Assembly (NCBI GenBank): GCA_001817115.1
Contig: MHHS01000050.1
Location: 782 to 43,140 of the forward strand
Length of the DNA: 42,359 bases
Direction: 5' to 3'
From: Candidatus Andersenbacteria bacterium RIFCSPHIGHO2_12_FULL_45_11b
Lineage (GTDB): Bacteria > Patescibacteriota > Andersenbacteria > UBA10190
The first letter of the stretch is position 1, and every line of letters begins with the position of its first letter. The notes beneath the pieces are model-generated. The model was not told the DNA's origin and searched no databases. It saw only the letters and a list, made by a program, of their open reading frames with translations. The translations under genes and the position numbers were made by a program. This document shows, one piece after another, positions 24,458-33,418 of the stretch.

Positions 24458-25732
24458 ATGGGACTTGGACGAGGATTAGCATCACTTATACCAAAACGCG
24501 ACCGAGGGTCTGCGGATGACGTGCTGGAGCAAATTGACAGCATGGAAGAGTTGGATGAGATAAGCATTGCAGAAACAGGAGCCGTGAAGGATTTTCGTGA
24601 TTTGGAACCGGATAATGGCGATGAAGTCATAAAACCGCCTGTAAAGCCGAATGTTTCGCCCATTTTTCTAGATCCAGAGCAATCACAGGAAGAGGAACGA
24701 GTTGAAGTTGCAGCAGTTAAGCGGCAGCCAGCGACAGTGAGCGTAGAAGAGGAAGTTGAGGAGAAGATAGAAGAAGTTGCTCCTGAGGCTGCGTCGGAAA
24801 TGGAAGAAGAGGAAACGTCTGTGCCAGACGCTCTTGCAACGGAAGCGCTGAAGTATGACGGCATTTGGGATCGGCACGAGGAGCAGATTCGGCATGTGCC
24901 AATCGGAGACATTACCATTAATCCGCTCCAGCCGCGCAGATCGTTCGATGAAAGCGAATTGAAAGATTTACAGGAATCGATTGCGAAAAATGGAATCCTG
25001 CAGCCGCTCGTAGTTCGCAGATTGGACGACAATAAATTTGAATTAATTGCAGGGGAGCGCCGATTGCGTTCTGCAAAGGCACTGAAGTGGGATAAGGTTC
25101 CGTGCGTTATCCGAAAAGACGTACAGTCAGATCAGTCCCGCCTAGTATTCGCGCTCATTGAAAATATTCAGCGCGAAAACCTAAACCCTATCGAAGAAGC
25201 GCTTGCATATAAGCAGCTTAATGAGGATTACGGCTTGACGCATGAGGAAATCGGCGAACGCGTAGGGAAGAGCCGAGTCGGCGTAACGAATATTGTTCGC
25301 GTGCTCCAGCTTCCTGCTGATATTCAGCGCGGACTAATTGAAGGAAAAATCACCATGGGCCATGCAAAGGCTATTTTGATGATTCCAGATCCGGAAAAGC
25401 AAATTCGATTCTACCATCATTTAGTTGATGAGGGGCTGACTGTTCGAAAAGCAGAAATGCGCGCGCGCAGAATCCAGCGGACTATGGTGACGGGAGTTTC
25501 TACCCCGCGCAACCGCTTAAAAGATCGCCATCCTCTTTCGTTGAAATATACGCCGATGATTGAGGAGCGATTTGGGTATTTGGCTCATATTAAATACGAA
25601 GAAGATAAGAAGGCGTTTGAGGTAGTATTGCGCGCAACAAATGATCAGGAATTAGAGGAGCTCGTTGGCCGTCTCTTAGGCACCCGCAGCCTTCCTCCAA
25701 GCGACTTGGACAGGGATGTGATTGAGGATTAA
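24458..25732 (+). CDS. parB: ParB/Spo0J partition protein with a long acidic N-terminal insert
   Basis: MGLGRGLASLIP, NPLQPRR, IAGERRLRSA, ENIQRENLNPIEEA, HTH region. About 125 acidic residues sit between the N-terminal motif and the ParB box. Confidence 0.9.
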   Translation: MGLGRGLASLIPKRDRGSADDVLEQIDSMEELDEISIAETGAVKDFRDLEPDNGDEVIKPPVKPNVSPIFLDPEQSQEEERVEVAAVKRQPATVSVEEEVEEKIEEVAPEAASEMEEEETSVPDALATEALKYDGIWDRHEEQIRHVPIGDITINPLQPRRSFDESELKDLQESIAKNGILQPLVVRRLDDNKFELIAGERRLRSAKALKWDKVPCVIRKDVQSDQSRLVFALIENIQRENLNPIEEALAYKQLNEDYGLTHEEIGERVGKSRVGVTNIVRVLQLPADIQRGLIEGKITMGHAKAILMIPDPEKQIRFYHHLVDEGLTVRKAEMRARRIQRTMVTGVSTPRNRLKDRHPLSLKYTPMIEERFGYLAHIKYEEDKKAFEVVLRATNDQELEELVGRLLGTRSLPPSDLDRDVIED

Positions 25733-25963
25733 AAATTCCCCGCTCTACGTATACCGACAGCGTGCGGGGGAAACTGTTCGTGCTTAAGTCCCGACCTGGC
25801 ACATGGTGCGTAGGCTGAAAATTACGGGTTCGACTACGTAGTTAATCGGCGAATTGGCTACTAATGTCCGGCGTTTTTTCTTGGGACTAATTCCGGCAAT
25901 TCGCCACCATCGCGGGTGTTGAATGTGCTGACGTAAGTATGGGTGAGTAGGCATGAAGTGTCA

Positions 25964-25995
25964 AACCCTAGCCCTCTCCCAGAACGGGAGAGGGG
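25964..25995 (+). repeat. family-A element, right hairpin only (R6)
   Basis: AACCCTAG followed by CCCTCTCCC-agaac-GGGAGAGGG, directly after the topA stop. Confidence 0.6.
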
Positions 25996-26002
25996 AGCGC
26001 AA

Positions 26003-28189
26003 CTATTCTTCCTCGTTTTCTTTTGTGAACTTGCACGTTTTGGAGCTGCAGCGGATGGTATTTTTTGCTCCATAGACTAAGAGGCTGCTGCATTGCGGGC
26101 AGGTTTCCCCAGTCGGCTTGCTCCAATATGCATTTTTACATTCCGGATACTGGTCGCATGCAAAGAATGTTTTGCCTCTGCGGGATTTTTTCTCGATAAT
26201 GCTTCCTTTTTTGCATACCGGGCATTTTACGCCGGTATCTTTTACAATTGGCGTAATATGCTTGCATTCCGGGTAACCGGAACATCCCAAGAATGCGCCG
26301 AAGCGTCCGCGCTTTACGACCAGTGGCTTTCCGCAATCAGGACATGTTTTGCCGGAATATTCTTCCTCTAGTTTTTTCTCGTCCCCTAAAGGTTCTGTGT
26401 GTTTGCATTCTGGGTAATTGCTGCATGCTTTGAATTTGCCGAATCGGCCCAGTTTGATCACAACGTCGCTTCCGCACTTCGGGCATTTTTCTTCTGTTGC
26501 TTCTTGCGTTAAATCTTCTTTTTTCAGTTCTTTATTTTTTGCACCTATAAGCTTGTGAAATGGATCGTAAAATTCTTTAATAACAGGCTGCCATTTTTTA
26601 TCTCCAGAGGCAACGTCATCGAGGCTGGCTTCCATGTTTGCTGTAAAATCTATATCTACAATATTGGGAAAATGTTCCGTAAGAACGCTATTTACCAGTG
26701 TGCCGATCTCTGTAGGCGCTAAGCGCTTTTCTTCATTTTTTTCTACGTATCCGCGTTTTTGGATCACGTCAATCGTTGGGGCGTATGTACTTGGCCGACC
26801 AATGCCATGCTCTTCTAATGCTTTTACCAGTGTTGCTTCGGAATAGCGGGCAGGCGGCTGAGTGAAGTGCTGCTCTGGACTAAGCTTTGTAAGATCAAGG
26901 GTGTCGCCTTGCGCAAGCTTAGGCAATACGGATTCTTGAAATGCAGCTTTTTCTCCGAGTGCACGAACAAATCCGTCAAATGCGACCGTCATGCCGTTTG
27001 CACGAAACGTGTAGGCGCCAGCAGTAATATCGATTGCCGTTTGATTGAGCGCGGCATCTGCCATTTGTGATGCAACCATGCGCTGCCAAATCAGGCGATA
27101 TAGTTTTTGCTGGCTTGGTTCAAATTGTGCGGCTAAGTCATCTGGAGTTTGTGATGGGTCTGTGGGGCGGATAGCTTCATGAGCTTCCTGCGCGCCTTTG
27201 GATTTTTTAGAAAATACTCGCGGAGCAGCCAGCGCGTAATTGTCGCCGAATAATTTTTTAATAGTTGCAGATGCGGATGCAACAGCTTCCGCAGCCAAGT
27301 TCAACGAATCTGTTCTCATGTATGTGATATGTCCGTTCTCATACAGCTGCTGAGCAATCATCATTGTCCTTTTGCTGGAAAAGCCTAGTTGATTGAAAGC
27401 TGCTTGTTGCAAGGTGCTCGTAGTAAACGGTGCTGGCGGCGTGCGCTTTTTTTCTTTTGTCGTAATGCTGGAAACGGTGTATGTGGCACCCGATAATTCT
27501 TTTTCCATTGCGGATACTTCTTCTTTTGACTTTATGCCAAGCTTTGGAATTGCCTTTCCTTTTTTTGATTTTAAAAAGCTGGAAAATTCCTGCTTATCTT
27601 TTTTAAGGAGTGCTTCCAATGTCCAGTATTCATCTGATTTGAAAGCGGCAATTTCCTGTTCCCGCTGCACGATGAGCCTTACTGCAACAGATTGTACTCT
27701 GCCTGCAGATAGTCCCCGGCGCACTTTGTTCCAAAGAAGCGGGGAAAGCTCGTAGCCAACCAAACGGTCAAGCACTCGGCGCGCTTGTTGTGCGTTTACG
27801 AGATTAATGTCCAGTTCTCTTGGATTCTCGATAGCATGTTGAATAGCAGTCTTTGTAATTTCGTGGAATGTTATTCTTTTTGCTTTTTCCTTTTTCGGTG
27901 CAAGCACCTCATATAAATGCCATGCAATAGCCTCTCCTTCGCGATCTTCGTCCGTTGCGAAGTAAATGATGTCTGCTTTTGCGGCGTATTTTTTCAGTTC
28001 CTTGATGCGTTCTTTTGCCTTATCAGGAATTACATAGCTCGGAGTAAAGTTTTTTTCTACAGCCACGCCGATTTTTGATTTTGGCAAATCGCGAACGTGT
28101 CCGTAGCTGCTTTTTACAACAAAGCCCTTTCCAAGATATTTCTGAATAGTCTTCGCCTTCGCGGGAGACTCTACAATCACTAAGTTCAT
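26003..28189 (-). CDS. topA: DNA topoisomerase I with four C-terminal zinc ribbons
   Basis: LVIVESPAKAKTIQKYLG, ATDEDREGEAIAWH, ITYMRTDS, and four CP.CG...C..YPEC modules. Confidence 0.95.
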   Translation of the reverse strand: MNLVIVESPAKAKTIQKYLGKGFVVKSSYGHVRDLPKSKIGVAVEKNFTPSYVIPDKAKERIKELKKYAAKADIIYFATDEDREGEAIAWHLYEVLAPKKEKAKRITFHEITKTAIQHAIENPRELDINLVNAQQARRVLDRLVGYELSPLLWNKVRRGLSAGRVQSVAVRLIVQREQEIAAFKSDEYWTLEALLKKDKQEFSSFLKSKKGKAIPKLGIKSKEEVSAMEKELSGATYTVSSITTKEKKRTPPAPFTTSTLQQAAFNQLGFSSKRTMMIAQQLYENGHITYMRTDSLNLAAEAVASASATIKKLFGDNYALAAPRVFSKKSKGAQEAHEAIRPTDPSQTPDDLAAQFEPSQQKLYRLIWQRMVASQMADAALNQTAIDITAGAYTFRANGMTVAFDGFVRALGEKAAFQESVLPKLAQGDTLDLTKLSPEQHFTQPPARYSEATLVKALEEHGIGRPSTYAPTIDVIQKRGYVEKNEEKRLAPTEIGTLVNSVLTEHFPNIVDIDFTANMEASLDDVASGDKKWQPVIKEFYDPFHKLIGAKNKELKKEDLTQEATEEKCPKCGSDVVIKLGRFGKFKACSNYPECKHTEPLGDEKKLEEEYSGKTCPDCGKPLVVKRGRFGAFLGCSGYPECKHITPIVKDTGVKCPVCKKGSIIEKKSRRGKTFFACDQYPECKNAYWSKPTGETCPQCSSLLVYGAKNTIRCSSKTCKFTKENEEE

Positions 28190-28242
28190 ATGTGGGCAGT
28201 AAACAGGTAAATGAGAAGGATGTCAAAATTATTTCTAATTTA

Positions 28243-28341
28243 CCTTCCCCCTAATCAGGGGGAAGGAGGGGATGGGGGCAGACTATATGCAACGCTTCTA
28301 ACCAGCCCTCACCCCCTCCCTCTCCCCAATTGGGGAGAGGG
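28243..28341 (+). repeat. family-A element, full copy (R7)
   Basis: CCTTCCCCC-taatca-GGGGGAAGG, then AGGGGATGGGGG...CTTCTAACCAGCCCTCACC, then CCCTCTCCCC-aatt-GGGGAGAGGG. Lies between dprA and topA. Confidence 0.85.
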
Positions 28342-28350
28342 TAATAACTA

Positions 28351-29223
28351 TTACTTCTTCACATACTTCATTCCGCCGACATGCTCTATAACCCCGATCA
28401 TTTCCATTTCTGCGATTCCGGCAGAAGCATCTTGGATAGATATATTGCATAGCGCGGCGATATCTTCAATATGCAGGGGGTCTGCAGAAAGTTTGGACAA
28501 AATAAACGCAAGCTCTTCGCGCAGCGGTTCATGGGTGAGCGTTTCCATTTCGCTTTCCTGCAGTTCGTACCGGGATATGATGTCGGTATATTCCAGCACC
28601 ATACCGGCACCATCTCGAATAAGCATATTCGTGCCTTCGCATGCAGGGTCGGTAATGGGGCCGGGGATAGCTAGTACGTCTCGGTTTTCTTCCATTGCTA
28701 ATCGCGCGGTGATGAGCGACCCGGATCGTTTCGCCGCTTGCACGATAAGCGTGGCTTTGCACAGGCCTGCGATGATGCGGTTGCGCGCAGGGAAATTGCC
28801 CAGCATCGCTTTTGTTCCTGGTTCGTATTCAGAAATAATAGCTCCGCCGTTTGCCAGTATTTCCTGCGCGATTGTTTTGTTGCCGCGCGGGTATAGCGAA
28901 GCGTCATCTACGCCGGAACCTAGCACGGCAATTGTGGGGCGGTTTTGGTCAATACAGATGCGATGCGCAAAGCTATCTATTCCATATGCCATACCTGACA
29001 CCAGATACATTCCTATGCGTACGCATGGCGGCAAGAGGCTTGCGCATGCTTGCCTGCCATACATCGTTGCTTTTCTGCTTCCTACAACGCCAAGTAAATA
29101 TGGGGAAGATAAAATTGTTTTGTCGCCGCGGATATATAATTGCTGGGGAGGCTTATGAATTTCGCGCAGTAAATCAGGATATTCTGGATCGACATATGCG
29201 ATAACGGAAATATCGTCGGACAT
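28351..29223 (-). CDS. dprA: DNA processing protein DprA/Smf
   Basis: VVGSRKATMYGRQ, VSGMAYGIDSFAH, AVLGSGVD, FPARNRIIAGL. Length 290 aa. Confidence 0.9.
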   Translation of the reverse strand: MSDDISVIAYVDPEYPDLLREIHKPPQQLYIRGDKTILSSPYLLGVVGSRKATMYGRQACASLLPPCVRIGMYLVSGMAYGIDSFAHRICIDQNRPTIAVLGSGVDDASLYPRGNKTIAQEILANGGAIISEYEPGTKAMLGNFPARNRIIAGLCKATLIVQAAKRSGSLITARLAMEENRDVLAIPGPITDPACEGTNMLIRDGAGMVLEYTDIISRYELQESEMETLTHEPLREELAFILSKLSADPLHIEDIAALCNISIQDASAGIAEMEMIGVIEHVGGMKYVKK

Positions 29224-29241
29224 TGCTTCTATTGAATCACA

Positions 29242-32133
29242 TTATTCTTCATCTAGCGAGGCAATGAATTGATCGATTAATTCCGGAGTCATTTCTGCGG
29301 TATCCCATGAAAGCGTGTGTTCGCGAATGTGCCATCGTGCTGGTGTGCCATTTTTATTTTTTATGTTTGATAATTTTTGCAGTATTGCCAAGGGGTCTTT
29401 TGCATGCACAAGAATTCGAATATACGGATCTTCGTCGTTCGGCGTAATGTTTTTTGTCTGCATTGAAGTGACTCCTGCTATTGTTGCGTATTGTTCGAGC
29501 ATGATCATGCGGGAAAGATTTTGCACGTCAATTGGAAGAACTCCATATTCTTGTTCTATCTTTTTGAGATGTTCTTGGAGATGTGTTTTTGTTTTTGATC
29601 TTGAAAGCCTGATATACCAAGCTGTTCGTTCGTCTGCATCTGCTATATACGATGCGGGGATGAACGCGGGCAGCAGCGTGTGAATGTCAGCACGGTCTTG
29701 CTGCTCTTCAACCTCATCAATCATATCCAAATACATGTACATGCCAACTGCATTTGCTGATCCGCTCTGCTGTGCTCCTAGTAGATTGCCTGCGCCGCGA
29801 AGCTCTAAGTCTCTGCGCGCAATATCCCACCCGGAGCCTTGGCGGGTACTCTCGGTAAGGGCAGTTAATCGCTGACGCTGGATATCAGTAAGTTTTTGCT
29901 TCGAATATAAAAAGAGCGCATGGCCTTGGCGCGATCTTCGGCCGATTCTGCCGCGCAGCTGATACAGCTGTGCCAGGCCGAAGTGCGGCGCATCCCATAC
30001 TATCATAGTATTTGCGTTTGGAAGGTCTAATCCGTTTTCCACAATGCTGGACGACACAAGAATATCTATTTCGTGCGTATCGAATGCATGAACAATATTT
30101 CCTAATTGCTCGTCGGGCAGTTTCGCATGGGCAATTGCAATCCGGCAATGAGGAATGAGCGCCTGAATTGTTTCTTTGATCATGGCTAGGCTCCTGATTT
30201 TCGATGCGACCACATATATTTGCCCGCCGCGCTCCAATTCAGCTGTGATTGTTGTTTGTACAATAGCGTCAGAGACTTTTTGGATTTTCGTCTCTATATT
30301 TTTTCTACCTTTTGGCGCAGTGGCAATAACAGAGAGGTTTCGCAAGCCAGAGAGTGCCATAGAGAGCGTTCGCGGAATTGGCGTTGCAGAAAGCGACAGT
30401 ACATCAATAGCAGAGCGCATTTTTTTCAAGTGTTCTTTCTGCCCGACGCCAAAGCGCTGCTCTTCATCGATAATAAGCAGTGACAGATTTTGCCAGGGGA
30501 TTGCATGGCTTAAGATTGCATGAGTACCGATGATGATTGCAGGTTTTCCGGATGATAAAAATTTTTTCGCTTTTTGTATTTCTTTCTGCGAAGAAAATCG
30601 CGATATCAGGAAAATGGAATCAGCGAAATCTGATAGCCGCGCTTTAAACGTATCTGCGTGCTGCTGCACAAGAAGTGTTGTGGGTGCAAGCAGAGCAACT
30701 TGCTTTCCGTTTGCGGCTGCGTGGCGCGCTGCGCGCATGGCAAGTTCTGTCTTTCCAAAGCCCACGTCGCCGACTACTAGACGATCCATAGGGATATTTT
30801 TTTGCATGTCGAGTTGAATATCATCCCATGTAGTTACTTGGTCAGGGGTAAGTTCATAGGGAAATGTTGTAATGAGCTTTTGTTCTACTGCCTCATCTAT
30901 GCGATATGGGCTGCGAGTTGCCTGTTCTCGTTTTTTATTGATTGCCTGTAATTCCTTTGCAAAGGCTATAGCATCGTGCTGGGCTTTTTGTTTTGTTTTC
31001 TGCCAAAGCGTTCCTCCTAAGCGATACAGCGCCGGAGAACTTTCTCCAATATACGGAGATACTTTGTGGGCAAAAGCTACGGGTACAGATAGCGTGTCGC
31101 CGTCGGCATATCGCAATACAATGTACTCCTGATCCGCGCCGTCTAAGTTTCTATATTCTAGCCCCTCGAATATGCCGATACCGTGGTCTGCATGTACGGC
31201 CGGCTTGCCAGGAGTTAACTTGCCGATCAATTCTAATGCGCGTTCTTGTGAAACAGGGGAAGCATACGTTCTTGCCGATTGTCGTTTTGCAGGGGGAATA
31301 GTCGGCATTTGCATGTTTTGCAGCCGTTCTGGCAATGCAATAGTCTGAGGCTCGGTATTTGTAGTGATTATAAGGCTCGACGTTTCCGGGAGGTCTTTTT
31401 CTTCGCCAATAACAATAATATGTTCTAATACTTCTCGCAGGAGCCTTTTTTCTTTAGGGAAGGCGAGAGGCGGGATAGTCAAAGCTTGTTCATTTTTATT
31501 TCGGTTATTTTGTTTTGTTGTGATTTTATCAATCGTATTTCCAAAAAAAGAAATGCTGGCTGGGTGTTCGAATAGAGGATGCATAATGCGAACTTCATCG
31601 CCAAGTATTACAAAGCCATTATCTGAAATTGCATGAGTATGCCGAACGTATTCCATTGCCACCAGTTTTTTTGCAAGCTGCGATACCGAATATGTTTGCC
31701 CAAGCGTGAGCGGCAATAGTAATGCCGTGTATTCCGTGTTGCTCGGCGCAGATACGTCAAGCAGTGCGTATGGGATAAAATACGACCCAGGGACCGCACA
31801 GAGCAAGCGGTGCATTGTGTTTGATAATGTTGTGGTAATAGTGCCGTCTAGCTCCTGCTCGCTCAGCTGGTCGTTTACCACATGTTGTATTCCCCATTGG
31901 GCTGCCACGTCTTCTGATGTGGCCGAAGTGCGTGCTATCAGGGCGACTGCTCTATGTGTGCGCTCGGGAAGCGTAGATGCAAGCATGGGGCTTAGGCTTG
32001 CGGGCATCGATACAGAAATTATAGGCGTGCCAAGAGCGATCTCCGTGCTAATATCGTGTAAAAACTCATCCCATTCGGGCTGATATTTTGTCAAGATTTG
32101 TTGACATATCTTCGATAGTATTTGAGTTGACAT
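29242..32133 (-). CDS. mfd: transcription-repair coupling factor
   Basis: GDVGFGKTE Walker A, IIDEEQRFGV, LSATPIPRTL, QLRGRIGRR. Start set at MSTQ (32133) so it does not overlap the divergent gene. Confidence 0.9.
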   Translation of the reverse strand: MSTQILSKICQQILTKYQPEWDEFLHDISTEIALGTPIISVSMPASLSPMLASTLPERTHRAVALIARTSATSEDVAAQWGIQHVVNDQLSEQELDGTITTTLSNTMHRLLCAVPGSYFIPYALLDVSAPSNTEYTALLLPLTLGQTYSVSQLAKKLVAMEYVRHTHAISDNGFVILGDEVRIMHPLFEHPASISFFGNTIDKITTKQNNRNKNEQALTIPPLAFPKEKRLLREVLEHIIVIGEEKDLPETSSLIITTNTEPQTIALPERLQNMQMPTIPPAKRQSARTYASPVSQERALELIGKLTPGKPAVHADHGIGIFEGLEYRNLDGADQEYIVLRYADGDTLSVPVAFAHKVSPYIGESSPALYRLGGTLWQKTKQKAQHDAIAFAKELQAINKKREQATRSPYRIDEAVEQKLITTFPYELTPDQVTTWDDIQLDMQKNIPMDRLVVGDVGFGKTELAMRAARHAAANGKQVALLAPTTLLVQQHADTFKARLSDFADSIFLISRFSSQKEIQKAKKFLSSGKPAIIIGTHAILSHAIPWQNLSLLIIDEEQRFGVGQKEHLKKMRSAIDVLSLSATPIPRTLSMALSGLRNLSVIATAPKGRKNIETKIQKVSDAIVQTTITAELERGGQIYVVASKIRSLAMIKETIQALIPHCRIAIAHAKLPDEQLGNIVHAFDTHEIDILVSSSIVENGLDLPNANTMIVWDAPHFGLAQLYQLRGRIGRRSRQGHALFLYSKQKLTDIQRQRLTALTESTRQGSGWDIARRDLELRGAGNLLGAQQSGSANAVGMYMYLDMIDEVEEQQDRADIHTLLPAFIPASYIADADERTAWYIRLSRSKTKTHLQEHLKKIEQEYGVLPIDVQNLSRMIMLEQYATIAGVTSMQTKNITPNDEDPYIRILVHAKDPLAILQKLSNIKNKNGTPARWHIREHTLSWDTAEMTPELIDQFIASLDEE

Positions 32134-32175
32134 TCTTATATTGTTACTGTATATGTAATAGTTAATCAACTCTCT

Positions 32176-32946
32176 ATGGAGCATATCAAAGAATTAATGA
32201 GCTTGGGCTTGAAGGATAAAGAAGTTGTAGTGTATTTGTCGTGCTTGGAATTAGGCCCATCCCCTGCCCAAGTAATTGCAAAGAAGGCAGGCGTCGTGCG
32301 CGCAACAACATACGTTATTTTAGAAGAGCTGATGAATATGGGGCTGGTAACGAAATATAAAGAAGGAAAGAAAACAATGTTTTCCGCAGAAGCCCCGCGG
32401 CAGCTTTTGCGATTATTGGAACGGCAAGAAGAGGCTATTCAGGAGAAGCAGGCAAGATTAGAGCTGATATTGCCGGAGCTTCAGATGATTATGAAAGCAT
32501 TGGGCGATAAGCCTTCTGTGCGCTATTTTGAAGGGAAAGAAGGATTGCGGGCAATTAGACAGGAAATAATTATGCACGGGCGTACTGGCGATATTTTTTA
32601 TAACTTTACTCCCGCTGATCACCTTCGTGGCGTATTTGCTCAAGACGAAGATACTCATTATAAGCAACGTGTCTCAAAAGGAGTGCGTGCAAAAACATTA
32701 TTTACAACTAAGTCTGAAAAAGTAAAACAGGAATGGTTGGCTACCATGTCAGGGCGGATAACAGAGATTAGGTTTGTTTCCCCTGATAAATTTCCCGTGC
32801 CAGCAGGGATGACAATTTATCGAGATCGAATTGCGATTGGGTCTTATACGGGTAAGTTATTCGGAGTGATTATTGAGAGCGAACAGATGGCTAGTATGAT
32901 GCGCTCTCTGTTTGAGTTGGCGTGGGAAAGCGCTGAGATATCTTGA
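32176..32946 (+). CDS. TrmB-like transcriptional regulator
   Basis: N-terminal winged HTH (LGLKDKEVVVYLSCLELGPSPAQVIAKKAGVVRATTYVILEELMNMGLV). Length 256 aa. Confidence 0.7.
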   Translation: MEHIKELMSLGLKDKEVVVYLSCLELGPSPAQVIAKKAGVVRATTYVILEELMNMGLVTKYKEGKKTMFSAEAPRQLLRLLERQEEAIQEKQARLELILPELQMIMKALGDKPSVRYFEGKEGLRAIRQEIIMHGRTGDIFYNFTPADHLRGVFAQDEDTHYKQRVSKGVRAKTLFTTKSEKVKQEWLATMSGRITEIRFVSPDKFPVPAGMTIYRDRIAIGSYTGKLFGVIIESEQMASMMRSLFELAWESAEIS

Positions 32947-32970
32947 TTTATTTAGGTATTAACTGCATAC

Positions 32971-32979
32971 TGCTAGTAT
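32971..32979 (+). promoter_or_regulatory. extended -10 box TGcTAGTAT
   Basis: TG at 32971-32972 and TAGTAT at 32974-32979. Weak TTTAGG sits 17 nt upstream. Confidence 0.35.
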
Positions 32980-32985
32980 CAGCTT

Positions 32986-33263
32986 TGAGTGTTGGTATGA
33001 ATAGCTGATAACCCTTTGAGAGGGCGGTCTTCTTGGAGGGGCGTATGGAGTACGCAAAACTCAAGTCTATGTCTAAAGGGGAGGAACATGAGATGGGTAC
33101 TTAAACCCAACTTGCAACCCCTCACGGATGAGATTAGAGGGTTGCGGTGCAGTGTTGCACATTAGCCTTTTGGCTATCGCATGAGCTTGAGCAAAATCAT
33201 TCAGATATATTCGCTACAAGCCACACCCAGAGTCAACGATGACCCTGGGTTTTTTCTTTTTTT
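32986..33263 (+). ncRNA. candidate about 280-nt structured RNA of unknown class
   Basis: No ORF of 60 aa or more on the + strand. Multiple hairpins: GCGTA/TACGC, CAACCCCTC/GAGGGTTG, GTGCA/TGCAC, TAGCC/GGCTA. It ends in a strong terminator. Confidence 0.35.
33225..33263 (+). terminator. Rho-independent terminator
   Basis: ACCCAGAGTC / GACCCTGGGT stem with one mismatch, followed by TTTTTCTTTTTTT. Confidence 0.75.
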
Positions 33264-33291
33264 GACACTGCTTTCACTTTCAGGATACAGT
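33262..33291 (+). promoter_or_regulatory. candidate promoter TTGACA, 18 nt spacer, TACAGT
   Basis: TTGACA at 33262-33267 and TACAGT at 33286-33291. Confidence 0.4.
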
Positions 33292-33316
33292 TATTAGCTC
33301 TTTTCCTATTCTCACT

Positions 33317-33394
33317 ACTGTTCCGCCCAGTAAGATTTGTTTCCTGGAATCAACCCCTCCTATATTCCAGGGGGCGCCTTGCTGGCGGAACAGT
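33317..33394 (+). other. 78-nt nested hairpin element upstream of pth
   Basis: Perfect 11-bp outer stem 33317-33327/33384-33394 encloses a perfect 8-bp stem 33343-33350/33364-33371. Its 13-nt C-rich loop (CAACCCCTCCTAT) is followed by GGGG. Confidence 0.5.
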
Positions 33395-33405
33395 GCGGAC
33401 AATAG

Positions 33406-33411
33406 TACGAT
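33406..33411 (+). promoter_or_regulatory. -10-like TACGAT, 7 nt upstream of pth ATG
   Basis: Motif and spacing read directly. No SD. Confidence 0.35.
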
Positions 33412-33418
33412 TACGAAC

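Noticed and set aside
24361-25032. 223-aa minus-strand ORF
   Set aside because: It is antisense to the acidic insert of parB. The serine-rich composition is the mirror of GAA/GAG-rich coding DNA. Spurious.
25733-26002. Possible tmRNA or tRNA-like element (GGTTCGA at about 25838, hairpins TTCCCCGC/GCGGGGAA and GGCGAATTG/CAATTCGCC)
   Set aside because: There is no 5-bp T stem around GGTTCGA, no acceptor stem or CCA-proximal pairing, and no tag-like reading frame. More likely these are convergent terminator hairpins for parB and topA plus repeat R6.
3244-28341. Family-A hairpins as integron attC sites or CRISPR repeats
   Set aside because: There is no integrase or cas gene, no regular spacing, and the copies are scattered singly at gene ends. 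The architecture fits MITE/REP-like repeats better.
28211-29158. 315-aa + strand ORF
   Set aside because: It is entirely antisense to dprA, whose product carries clear DprA motifs. Its own translation is low-complexity (S/I/P/A-rich) and begins inside repeat R7. Judged a spurious shadow ORF.
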